NCBI GenBank assembly: GCA_000934665.2 | Contig: JYFJ02001825.1 | Coordinates: forward strand, 1 to 64,000 | DNA: 64,000 nt | Direction: 5' to 3' | Source of the DNA: Catajapyx aquilonaris | Taxonomy: Eukaryota | In this document: positions 53,173 through 64,000 of the stretch, piece after piece | How positions within the stretch are numbered: position 1 is the first letter of the stretch | Layout: every line of letters begins with the position of its first letter | The notes under the pieces: model-generated | Seen by the model: only the letters and a program-made list of their open reading frames with translations | Database searches by the model: none | Told to the model about the DNA's origin: nothing | Made by a program: the position numbers and the translations under genes

Positions 53173-56100
53173 TCATCTGGCATAAGTTGGGACGGGCAGT
53201 TTGAATCCTTCTTTGGCTTCAAAAAAGGTGTAAGAAAGAGTGATGTTGTCCACAGCTTCCATAAGAGGGTCCTCAACAAACTCAGGGTCGATGTAAAAGA
53301 ATACAGGCATGTCAACCTGGGTGAAGAATCAAATACGGTCACAGATTACTATCAATTTGTGCATACACTTGTTTCACATAAAACAGAGAAAAAGCAATTA
53401 GCATTAATGATGCATTGGTAATAAGCACCCATACCTGAAAACTCAAAGCTGATTACCATTTACAGTATGCAACAAGAACAATAATTATTGTTTATACCAA
53501 GAGCTGTCAATACCAACTTGAATCCGTTACTTGATGCAGTTGTGTGGCTCAAGTAATATGATTCAGCTCATATTAAAGGTATAACTGGCATAATAGGCCG
53601 GTGATATGTTAAAAGTAATCCATTGGAATTTCAAATCATTTCCTCAAACAAGATACAGTAACACTTCTCTAAGTCGAACTTCCCTAAGTCGAAGTTCTCT
53701 ATAAGTTGAAGAAAATGATGAGCTTGGTTGGTCACAATGTAAAATAATAGGGAATAAACTTCCCTAACTGGAATTTCTATAACTCGTAGTTCTCCATAAC
53801 TCGAAGTGCAGGCAGGGCCTTACGATGGGATATCAATGCATTTTCAGTCTCCCTAAGTCAAAGTTCATGTTGGCGAGTATGGAAAATTTTCTAATTTCCC
53901 AGCCGAAGGGTCCAGAGTAGGCCACATGTACAGAAAGGCTCGATTTCCTTATATTCGTCTACCAGATGTACCAAAAGAAGTGTTTGACTCGATTGTGACA
54001 ATTGAATCCTTGAATCGAAGAGTAGGAAAATGTCCATAACGGAGATTTTTTACACCAAAACAACGAGGAACATTGTAAGTGTGATAATGACAGTTATTTT
54101 TAAGTTTTGAACACCTTTCGTCGCTGGATATAAAGGTAGGCTTCCTTGTAGAGTTCTGTGCTTTAAAAAAATCCAAACTTCTCTAACTCGAATCTTCTAT
54201 AACTCGAAGTTTTTTTCTGGTCCCATGGAGATTCGACTTATAGAAGTTTTACTGCATAGTAACTGCCAGGTGTTTAAAAAATAATGTAGTACTTTTTGTG
54301 AAGACACATCCTTAGTTCCACTGCATCCAATGAATGTACCCCATATCATCCAACTATCCAAGTGTTAATATAGTCTTTCCCCAGTTCAGATTAGTAATTG
54401 TTCCTTACGAATATCAGTGATTATGTTTAAAAACCATCACAATTGTTGCCATTACCTGTTCATGTGGGTTGAGCATTTGCTCCTCAAAGCAGAAGCACTG
54501 AATCTTGTTAAAATATTGCCCTGCTTCGAAAGGGATCACATTGTAAGTGCTGATCCCGGTGATTTGCCTGTCTGTTGGATTAGTTGCAGTGTAGAAAGCA
54601 AGGGCAGTCTCTCCTGGGTATATCTGCATGAAAATAAAATTTTCATCAATAGTTCCACATCAGTCTGGGGGGGAAACAAGAAGTCATGAGTGTGGACATT
54701 ACTATCGATATAAGCAAACTATCACAGCAGCAAAAATACTATTGAAAATATAACTTCTCTCTGAATATTTAACAAGTAGGGCCTACTGTATATCCATATA
54801 CGTATTTCCTCATTCAACAAATAGGGTTCCTGTCTCTGGAATGTCTCCTTCTTCTGCTCTAGGTAGTGAATTCATACCACGACTTAATTTTACTAAGCTT
54901 TGTTTAATATCGAGAAACACATTTTCAGCTAGAAATGACAAACATATATGCAAAACAGAAAAACTGCCCTAAATGTGTTCAGAGACACTGACATCAGAGG
55001 TGCTGATGAAGTTCTAAGCAATGCGGACCTCCACACTGATAAGCATAAAAAATGGAAATGATCTCATGCGCATCACTCATATTTGCTTGTAACTCTACCT
55101 GATTGTGACAAGCTTTTGTGAATACTCGTAGTTTATTTATACCATGCAACAAAGATCCACACATTAATTAACCTTGATCATTGTCTGTTGAGGCTTGAAC
55201 TTCCAGGTGAGACTTGCAGCAGTGTCTGCATTGAATCGGATTGTGATCAGTCGGTCAGCAACCTTTTTCATCTGAGCCACCTTCTCGGAGTCATGTCCAA
55301 CAGCTGTCGTTCCTCCATAGCTATATGCCTTCAAAAAGAAAATTGAATGAGGTACAGTATGAGGCCTGTGAATAATTATTTGCATATCCTAATAATGAAC
55401 ATATTTTCATTTCACATGAACAATGAACATCACATCATGGAGAAGGTAGGTGGCAGAGGACTAATTACAAGATCGCAAGATAACACATGGTATGACATTT
55501 TAAAATACCGTATTACCTCATTTAAAGAGGAGTGCCCATGTAAGTTAAAATGAGGTCGCCTAGCATGCCAATATAACCCAGGGGTGGCTGCCTTACTGCA
55601 ATAACAGACGTAGATTTCCATAATTTTGATCCTTGTCAATTTTCTTGGAATGTGTCTGGTACTGTACTAAAATAATTTCACTGTAAAAAATGTGCGACTA
55701 CAGGTCTACAGGGCCATGAGAATATGAAACTTCATTTATTGCACATAGCATAGGATGTGACCAATCCCATAATTATAGAGCCTGCTCTGAGAGGGGAACC
55801 CCCTCACTCTGCCATAAAGAATCCAGGCAAATTCCTTCAGTCCTTCATTTTGCTCAATAGTTCACCGGTTGCAGATCTCGTTGGCAATCAGAGGATCACT
55901 TTATGGAATGGTGTCAATTTTTACAAAATGCCTGGTTTGTTATGCAGATAATAAAATCGAATCCCAATGTATGAAATATCTTGGTAGTTATGCTTCCTTT
56001 CTTGGAGCCTTGCACCTTTAATTGAAAATATTGCCATAAAAGAACTTTAAGAATGATCTCATGGGATGCGTCAGGCAATAGAAGTGTCCTGGGCTGTATC

Positions 56101-56713
56101 CACACCATAGAACATGGTGCAATGCATTCATTCGAGTAATAATAATTATCACAGAGATCGTGATAATGCTTAAGAATACCTCACCTTACACCGGCATACC
56201 TCACTTGCCAGTATAGCCGATTGGCCGGATAGAAGAGCCATGTTCCTCTGGCCAGACGTTTGTGTGAGGTAATACAGTAAAACTTGAAAACCTGTCCGTG
56301 ATGAGGGAAATCTACATGTGAGTACAGCTCATTACTCTTGAAAAACGGTTGCCATGACAAGATTTGCATTAGAAACCAAAACCATCACACAAAACAAATC
56401 TCATGCCAAGATAAAAGTACCGTACTTGGCAAAATATTCGGTAGAGTGGCACAGCAGCGTAACTCATTCCTATCGCCAAAACTCCAATCGCAGTAACATA
56501 CAAAAAAATAGAGCTGCTTCTCTTTTGCTGCTGCCCATGCCAGCTCTTGGGATCTGCATCCTTCTGCGCGGGACCTGACTTAAAAAATCTCTGAGGTAAC
56601 ACACATGTCAATCTGGGAAGCGGATGACGTTTGCATGGACTTGCTCTCAGGTCCAGGATCAAGTGAAGGCCACGTCCAAGGAGGGACTTCTGAATGGAAA
56701 CCCAACGCAGCAT
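53173..56713 (-). CDS. COX11: Cytochrome c oxidase copper chaperone COX11, ~251 aa
   Basis: Exons 56426-56713, 55173-55328, 54456-54623, 53173-53316, all phase 0. Motifs YAAVPLYRIFCQ, RFNAD, PGETALAFY, YFNKIQCFCFEEQ, VDMPVFFYIDPEF; Arg-rich N-terminal targeting segment. Confidence 0.96.
53656..54254 (-). mobile_element. pogo-like MITE family copy 5 (COX11 intron)
   Basis: TA-cagtaacacttc...gaagttttactg; same orientation as copy 1. Confidence 0.9.
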
Positions 56714-56971
56714 TCTGCTGAGGGGGAAAAAAAAAAGATTAATTTTGTGCAACACGTTTCTGTACAATAACCACTCTCGCCTATTGCAATGTAGCTTGCC
56801 AATATATTTTGCTTGCACTACCATAAAAGTGCCTGCAAAATTAAATTACTGATCAGGCAGTGCTTTATTGCATTAATCCTGATTGAGCCCATGTCCGTAA
56901 CTCCATATGATATACTGAAATTCATTGCCAGGTGCATACTGTGATGCCAACTGCATCTAATCAGTATTTAC

Positions 56972-57180
56972 CTTCGGAAAACGACACAGGGATTGCCGAT
57001 TACCAGTCAGTCCTTCAAAAAACCAGCAGAAATTAAAGCCAACATTTTATCTGAATGTCGCCATCTTTTCAAAACTATTTCTCACCGGAGAGGCCACATT
57101 CCACTGAAATAGCGTCTCGATCGTGTTCTCGATAGTCACGTTCCGATATGATCCCTTCAGAAACCTGAAGCACATGGCAG
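56972..57180. promoter_or_regulatory. Bidirectional promoter / first exons of COX11 and TTI2
   Basis: Minus-strand donor gtaaat at 56971 and plus-strand donor gtaagt at 57180, ~210 bp apart; CpG-rich; YY1-like cgccatcttt near 57059. Confidence 0.6.
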
Positions 57181-57381
57181 TAAGTTTTTTTTGGACAAAA
57201 TCCTGGTTATTTTTAACAGGCATGAGAGATTCCCAATGTAGGACAGAGTCAGGAGGTTGAAACGAATTATGGACATATCGGGAACATACCTCCATGCTTG
57301 TCAAAGAAGTAGTTTACATCTGCCGACATTGTGGATGTCATCCGCATGATAACTAAATGCCATTATTTTCAGGTGCACGTA

Positions 57382-59430
57382 ATGGAGCCCCAAATGGAAC
57401 TGCTGTTGAGGACTATGGAGAAGATGAAATGCGGATCGACTGTAGAGGACTGGCAGGAGTTGTCTTCCACTGTGAGCGAATTGGCCGAATCTGCTCTGCT
57501 CCCAGAACTGGAGCCACCTGAAAACCGGGTGTATGAGCGGTCATACTTTGAGCAGGTTGCTGAGGTGTCGGCCGCTGTCCTGAAGAATGCGGGACAGTTG
57601 CTGAAGGTTATGTCGGACACAGGGCAGCAGAGGGGCTGCATCAGCAAAGACGCGGTTGTCAGACTGCTCCTGCTTTGCGGTGAACATTCCAGACCGAACC
57701 TGTGGGTTACGGATAAATCCATGGCTTTGAGTGGTGGCACTGGGGATAGTCTGTGCCACCTCTACGGTCACGGGAGCCTGACTGTGTTGGTAGCAGAGCA
57801 TGAGGACATTTTGAAGAAACTGCTGAAGATGCTGCAACATAAGCTCAAGAAGGGTGCATGGAAGAAATATCCAGGAGCTACTGCTGCATACCAATTCCTG
57901 CTCTTCAAAGTTAAGGTTAATTACTTCATTATTGGCTGTAATGACGCCTTATTACATTAAACTGTCCCTGTTGTAGAGGGCTATCATTACTAAGAATAGA
58001 TGTCATGTTACACACGATGTTACAAAGCTCTAATGAGCAGCTAACGTACATGCCTTGCAATGAACTTCCAGCACCCACAATTGAGTGACCATTTGGATAA
58101 CTTCCTGCCCATGACCCTTTTGATGATGGATGACTTCCAGACAGCAAACAGAGTTGCTGGACTCACATGCTTGCAACATATTATGACAAATGTGGTGAGT
58201 AGTACAGTGCTGGAATTTAATGGGTTACCCACAGGTGTCGGCCCATGGATTTTGACGTTAATATGACATGATGTAGCACTGACATCTTGCTAGATGTGAG
58301 ACTGTGATTATATTTGTTTCCAGACAAGAACTGAGCTCAAGTGGTATGGACGAGCAGAAGTGATATATGCAGCCCTTGAGAACATGGTCTATGTGCATGA
58401 GGCAGAAATGATTAAGGCTGTCCATCCTTGCATCATTATCGTTCTGAAGACATTGGAAAGCGACCCAAAAGATGCAGACAGCATGAGGAGTGTGAGTAGC
58501 TGTTCTTGCCTGTTCATAAATACTTGGAAATGACCTAACGCATAAGCATATATTCTCGCAAATGTGTTTTCTCTCTCTTCATCACGGGTGGTTTTTCATC
58601 CTTCTTCAAAAAGCTATCTGCAACAATTAATTTGTGCTCCTGCTGATATGGGAATAAAAACCTCCTGCCCAATTTACTTTACTGCTTTCTTTAATTACCT
58701 GGAATTACTGGCTTACCATGACTTCTATGAAGCTGAGCTCATTAAAATATCATGTTACAATTATGGTTTCATATCTGAATAGTAATTTTGATGTGCTTTT
58801 TGCTTTAAAAGACAATAACTTCAAAGTGTCGTTAAGAGCATGTCTTCAGAGTTCCAGGTATGACAAGATCCTTGGAATAGTCCTGCACCAGATGGAAATG
58901 GAAGACAAGTTAGCTGAAAGGCGGGAGTACATCAGATGTCTCCTGAGGTATGCGGAGGAGATGGGTGTGTGCATGTGCAGGTGGATGGACACTGCACTCA
59001 GAGTGATCAAAAACTATGCGGAGGTGCCAGATCCACCGTTGGAAGCGACCAGGATATATACATTAAAGGTGAGGGGGACACATCTAAAAGCAGAAAGGAA
59101 ATCTCTAGTTTACTATTCACCACTGCTTTATCACATTTTAATTTGCAGGTGGCTAAGACACTGATGCAATGGACGTGGCCTGTAATCGGCCACTACGTCT
59201 CCATCCTTCTGGAATCCCTACTGAAAATACTGTATGATGTCACTCATGATGTGGACAGATTGGAATCAAGTGTTCGAGAAGAGTTACGGGAAGAAACCAT
59301 TGAATGCCTACTAGTGCTGAAGGAAGCAGCCCCTAGTGAAGTTATGCAATTAGTTCAGGACTTGGACTGGAAGGAGATTAGTGATTTGGATTTGTCATTT
59401 TTAAGTCAAGGTGAACCAGTTCAGCAATAA
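57382..59430 (+). CDS. TTI2: TELO2-interacting protein 2 (TTT complex), ~441 aa
   Basis: Exons 57382-57915, 58072-58194, 58324-58491, 58850-59068, 59149-59430, all phase 0. Motifs WKKYP, LPMTLLMMDDFQTANRVAGLTCLQHI, YGRAEVIY, HQMEMEDKLAERR, TWPVI match the TTI2 pattern as I recall it. Possible earlier ATG at 57174. Confidence 0.85.
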
Positions 59431-62400
59431 AGTTCATGGTAAAAACTAGTTGAATGAGGGTTGAATGAAACCGAATGGGCAACATAGGAGTTTTTACCAG
59501 CACTGTACCTGTTTAAAAGTGTGTGAAGGGCCTGCATGTCGTTGAATCACGTGTTGACCAATTGAGAACAACATTTCTGGATTAAGAGACACTGCATTTG
59601 ATCAGAACACGAAGTAATGTTGGCTTCATCTTCATGCTATGGGTAGCTACAATGCACTGACATACCAGCAATGAATGCAGCCACATTCATTATGAGAAAA
59701 AATAATTCACAGTGGAAACTCCCTGGCAGGTCGCCAACACTTATACATGTGCAATTCCTGCCGTAGGTGTTGCAGAAGAATTAAACCAACCAGGATTTGC
59801 TTTTTTAAATATTTAATGCTAATCACCAGGACAACTTCAGAAAAAAAGTTCCACAACTTCTACATAATCACTTTCACCATCACTGCCTTTCAAAAAACAT
59901 CCGAAAAGTAGTCCAAATGTCCATGAGCACAGTAAAAAACTATACCACTCTTTCACTCCATTGACTACACAAATGCACACCATTAAAAAAAACTTTGAGC
60001 TCATCAAAAAGGTAGAAAAAATATTCCCCCTGAAATTGCCCAAAAATTCATTTTGACGTGTGACCTCACGTGCATTCAAAAGTCTTGGTTTTCCGAAAGC
60101 TATCTATTTTACACAATTTTTGTGTTCTTAATTTAAATAAAACGCACCATGTAATATGCATATGGTGGTCCAAGATGCAATTCACTATTATACACAAGAG
60201 TAATCAGCAAAAATTCTTGACACCCTATATTGACATTCACAGGTTCATGCACACATTTGATATGCTTCAATGCATGTCCACACACATGCAAGTGTGCTTA
60301 CAAGGGCGTTGCATAATTAAATTCCTTTTGGACAGCTGATTAATCAACACATTCAACTAATCGTTCGGACTACTACTCTCCTTCAATACACTGGGTGTTC
60401 CAGAAGTAAATCGATGGTTTAGAAATGACTTCACAGCCTTTCTGGTACTTATGACACATCAAGATGTTGGAAAGCGTCTTCTGCTCCGTCACTGAAAGGC
60501 GACTTGGAAGATGAAGGGAACTATAATGTGTCATAGATGCATAATTAAATAATATTAAGCAGAATAAGTTAAAATGTGCAGTATGTATGAGGGCATTAGT
60601 AAACATTCAATCTCCAGTTTCAATGCAAATTTAAACTAAGCGGTGAAAATAAATTCCTAACATCCATAATTTGTACTTGAACAGACCATGACAATGAAAA
60701 CAGGCAGTGATTAATTCAAATAAAACTCAATTAGCATCCCATACTGTACTGCGAACATGTATAAGCCCCTGGTAAAATTGCATTACATCACCTGTCTATA
60801 TCCGCCTTCAGGAGAAATGAGTGACAAAACAGGCATGACAAGGAGGCAAGGTGACCAAGGCAGAACTGGACAGGCTCAATGTCGTAAAGCGCAGAGGCCA
60901 CACTACATGTTGGTCACACAGAGGTCAAATCCTTGTAACGTATGGTTTAACACTGGGCTACTCAACTGGCGGACCAAATTCTGGGTAAGGCTGTCAGATG
61001 TTTATATCACACTTCTACTGTTATAGCAAGATGATTACCAACTCAAACATGAAATATGAGTAAAATCCTATCCTTTTTGTACACTGTGGTTTTTAAATGT
61101 CATTATTGACTATCCCTTATTAAGGAAATTGTGATGTTATAAGTGAGGATAAGGCAAAGGGACGGTAAACGTAAACTGCATTTCAAAAAGCAAGACAACT
61201 TCTTGGGGGGGGAAATAAAAAAATAAAAAAATCTTGGCATCAATTCATATTTACAATAGAAAAATATACTCAAGGCATATAACTTGCGTGTGATTCTCCT
61301 TCCAAATAGCAACAAAGTGGGACCAGCAACTTTCATAGCATCACGGGGAATTGCAAGTACAAGAGACTGGAAAGCATTCTCTTATATATCGAAAGAAAGT
61401 TGCAAGCATGATACAGCTTCCCTCCTATCTTGCTCATCAAGTTCAATATCAGAGCAAAACTTGAAGAAAGAGGTCAAGATGCCCAATGTGTTGATGATAA
61501 AGGGCAGGTTTGTCGTCCTCCTGTTACGTCTCTGCCCGGAGAGAGGGTCTGCTATTGAGGATCAGCTCATAAGCTTTCTCATGGGTTACCCATTGTTACT
61601 GCAGTAGTTGCTTTCAGGTACTGCTACCTTTACCAAAAAGACAAAAAAGCCATCCCCAAGTGGTTGGGATGCATCACAGACAGAGAAAATAAATATTTGA
61701 GCAAAACACTTACACATAAAACTGATGCAAAATCATTATTACTGGTTTCACCAGTTACAACAACTGAAAAGAGCTGGTAATTTAAAAACTCAACTGTAAT
61801 TCGGCTGTGCCAGTAATTAACAAATCCTTCCTCGTAATAAGCACAACACAATCCATTTCATACAAATAAATTATGATTCATGTAATAAATAATACTTTGC
61901 GGAAATATATATTAGTTTGGGCATAACCATGGTAAACTACTGTTTCACCCATCACATGGGAAATTGCAATAAGTTACTTCGGCAATAATCAAACTTCAAA
62001 TGCAAATCTCAGATTGACAGCCCATAGGTAGAACTGCATCATGATTGGAACTCAGGCAAAGAAATGCCAAATTTCAATGTTTTTTTTCTTCTACATAAAT
62101 AGACTAATGCCAAGAAATTTTGCTAAATTTAAATGAGTGACGAATATAATTACACTGCATATTTGTCAACACTCTAATTGGAAACATTCTTTTTCTTTTA
62201 AAGCACGAGCTGAGTGCTTGCTCAGTGTATGTTTTCAAAAAGTCCCTTAACTTCTAAAGACTGGTTTGCACAACTGATAATAAATAAAGACCAACTTTGT
62301 GTTTGAAGTGCTCGAGGCACAGATTTTATCGAAAAACTAACCTGCATGCAAATAATTTTATAGTTCATAACTTACATTAAATTAAATAACAAATAGTTTA

Positions 62401-63225
62401 TACTACAGTGTCAATCACAAAAACAGGCCTTAAGCCAATCATACAATCAATCTAATTTCCAGCAAGAAAAAAACTGCACTGTAAGACTCCACTGGGTGAA
62501 TAATAAGCTTTAAATTAAGTTAAATAAATAATACAGGAGGAAAGCAATCACAACTGTCGGCATCGTGAAAGGGAATTATATGTCAGGAAAATGATGAGAT
62601 GAGCAGGAATTATATCTAGACATGACATCACAAGACCTCCAGAAACAAACTGCACTACACCAAGTGACATGATTTCCTGGCAATTGTTACAACAATATGA
62701 GCTTTTCACTTGATACCAAAAGAAGCTCAATGTAAACCAAATAAGGTTAGAAATTATCTCTTACAACATATTATGGCCCACTAAATACATTCTTTGTGTG
62801 CATCCTTCAACGTTCCTTTTAGGAGGGGGAAAAAAATGAGTCCAGGAAATCATCCCACTGTGTATAGCACCATTTGCTTCCAGGCACCATTCACTTGAAT
62901 AGACGTTCAAGTTAGGTTTCTGTCAGGCACAACCTTCAACAAGACCCAGAAAATCAGATATCTTAGACATATGAATAATATCTAGCTTTAGATATCTTTG
63001 ATTTTCAAGATTCAAATCCTTCAGTGTGTAAAGCTAGCAAAAGCCATTCTGAACAGTTTTTACTCTTTACTTCTGGAACATCCATCCCCAACCGACCTTC
63101 TACACATCCACGACCCCAATTCCACCAAGAATCCCATTCTTTTACATTAAGAGGTGTGCGAAAAAAATTCCACTCATTATTTGAGTCCCCACTGATTGAC
63201 ACTTTAAAAAAAAAGCACACTAAAT

Positions 63226-63657
63226 TCACAATCGTCTCTTCCCTTGCTTCTTCCCTTGCTTCATGATTTCCACCCCATCGACACTACTGCTCCCACTGCC
63301 CCTCCGCATATGAACTTTCATATGGATCTTGACCCGGCTCTTGACGCTGAACCTCTTCCCACACAGCTCACATGGGAAGGGCTTCTCTCCAGTGTGTGTG
63401 CGCACATGATTCTTCAGCTTCTCCTTCTCTCGGAACCCCTTCTGGCAGTAGGTGCACACGTGGGGTTTCTCCCCCGTATGGATCATCAAATGCCTTTGCA
63501 TATTGTTGCGACTGCTGAAGGTCTTGCCACAAACCTCACAGTCGCAGCTCACCTTCTCTGATGACTGGGTGGGCTTAGCCTTCACTGATTTTACTTTTGG
63601 AGTGGGCACCTTCTTCTTCTTCTTGGGCTCAGGAGACGCTTTGCTCGGTTGCTTCAA
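63226..63657 (-). CDS. Terminal exon of a C2H2 zinc-finger protein (three fingers); gene continues past the window end
   Basis: Three CxxC-x12-HxxxH fingers with TGEKP linkers; PKKKKK NLS-like motif; acceptor ttttcag at 63658; upstream exon end with donor gtgagt at 63984. Confidence 0.88.
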   Translation of the reverse strand: MKQPSKASPEPKKKKKVPTPKVKSVKAKPTQSSEKVSCDCEVCGKTFSSRNNMQRHLMIHTGEKPHVCTYCQKGFREKEKLKNHVRTHTGEKPFPCELCGKRFSVKSRVKIHMKVHMRRGSGSSSVDGVEIMKQGKKQGKRRL

Positions 63658-64000
63658 CTGAAAAACACAGATGTTATTCTCTACCTGTCAAGTAGATCTA
63701 CTTCATAACACATAGAGTAGCATCATTATGTCGAAGGTTTCTTGATATTAAAAGTAGTCTTATCACTTCCAGAAACCCCTGTAATGTTCCTATTACTACA
63801 TAACTAAAAAGTGACATTATTTCTTGGGAATCCTTGGGAACACCCGAGGTTCCCTTCCCCTGAAAGAGCTTCCTTCATAAAGTGACATGTCACGAATATA
63901 TTGACAACTAATCAGTGCCTGGAGCTGCAGAATAACACTGCATGCAGTGGGTATACCAATGCCATGACACCACACTGCACTCACCTTAACTTTGACGGCA

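Noticed and set aside
59440..63225. Short ORFs between TTI2 and the zinc-finger exon
   Set aside because: No recognisable motifs or consistent exon chain; likely UTR or intergenic.

Overview
Eukaryotic, intron-rich genomic DNA, most likely arthropod/insect (inferred from protein style, mariner/pogo MITEs and tRNA-derived SINEs). Nine protein-coding genes were reconstructed exon by exon with frame-consistent splice sites. They are: two tandem 11-exon alpha-amylases (-), an unrecognised two-exon coiled-coil gene (+), DHX9/maleless (23 coding exons, +), WDR34/DYNC2I2 (+), an LRR protein with an intronless CDS (-), deoxyhypusine synthase DHPS (-), COX11 (-) and TTI2 (+, head-to-head with COX11). 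The last exon of a tenth gene, a C2H2 zinc-finger gene (-), is also present. Introns and spacers are packed with inverted-repeat elements: five copies of one pogo-like MITE, several long foldbacks, two mariner derivatives, three tRNA-derived SINEs and a LINE fragment, including two multi-level nested insertions. I see no CRISPR array, rRNA or prokaryote-type system and cannot claim a demonstrably new biological system. The best leads are amylases lacking the GHGA loop with other active-site changes, splice-spanning uORFs and a GC-AG intron in DHPS, a mariner with 199-bp TIRs that could make hairpin RNA inside a LINE>SINE>mariner stack, a candidate SINE/LINE partner pair, a BC-box-like LRR protein and an orphan coiled-coil gene.
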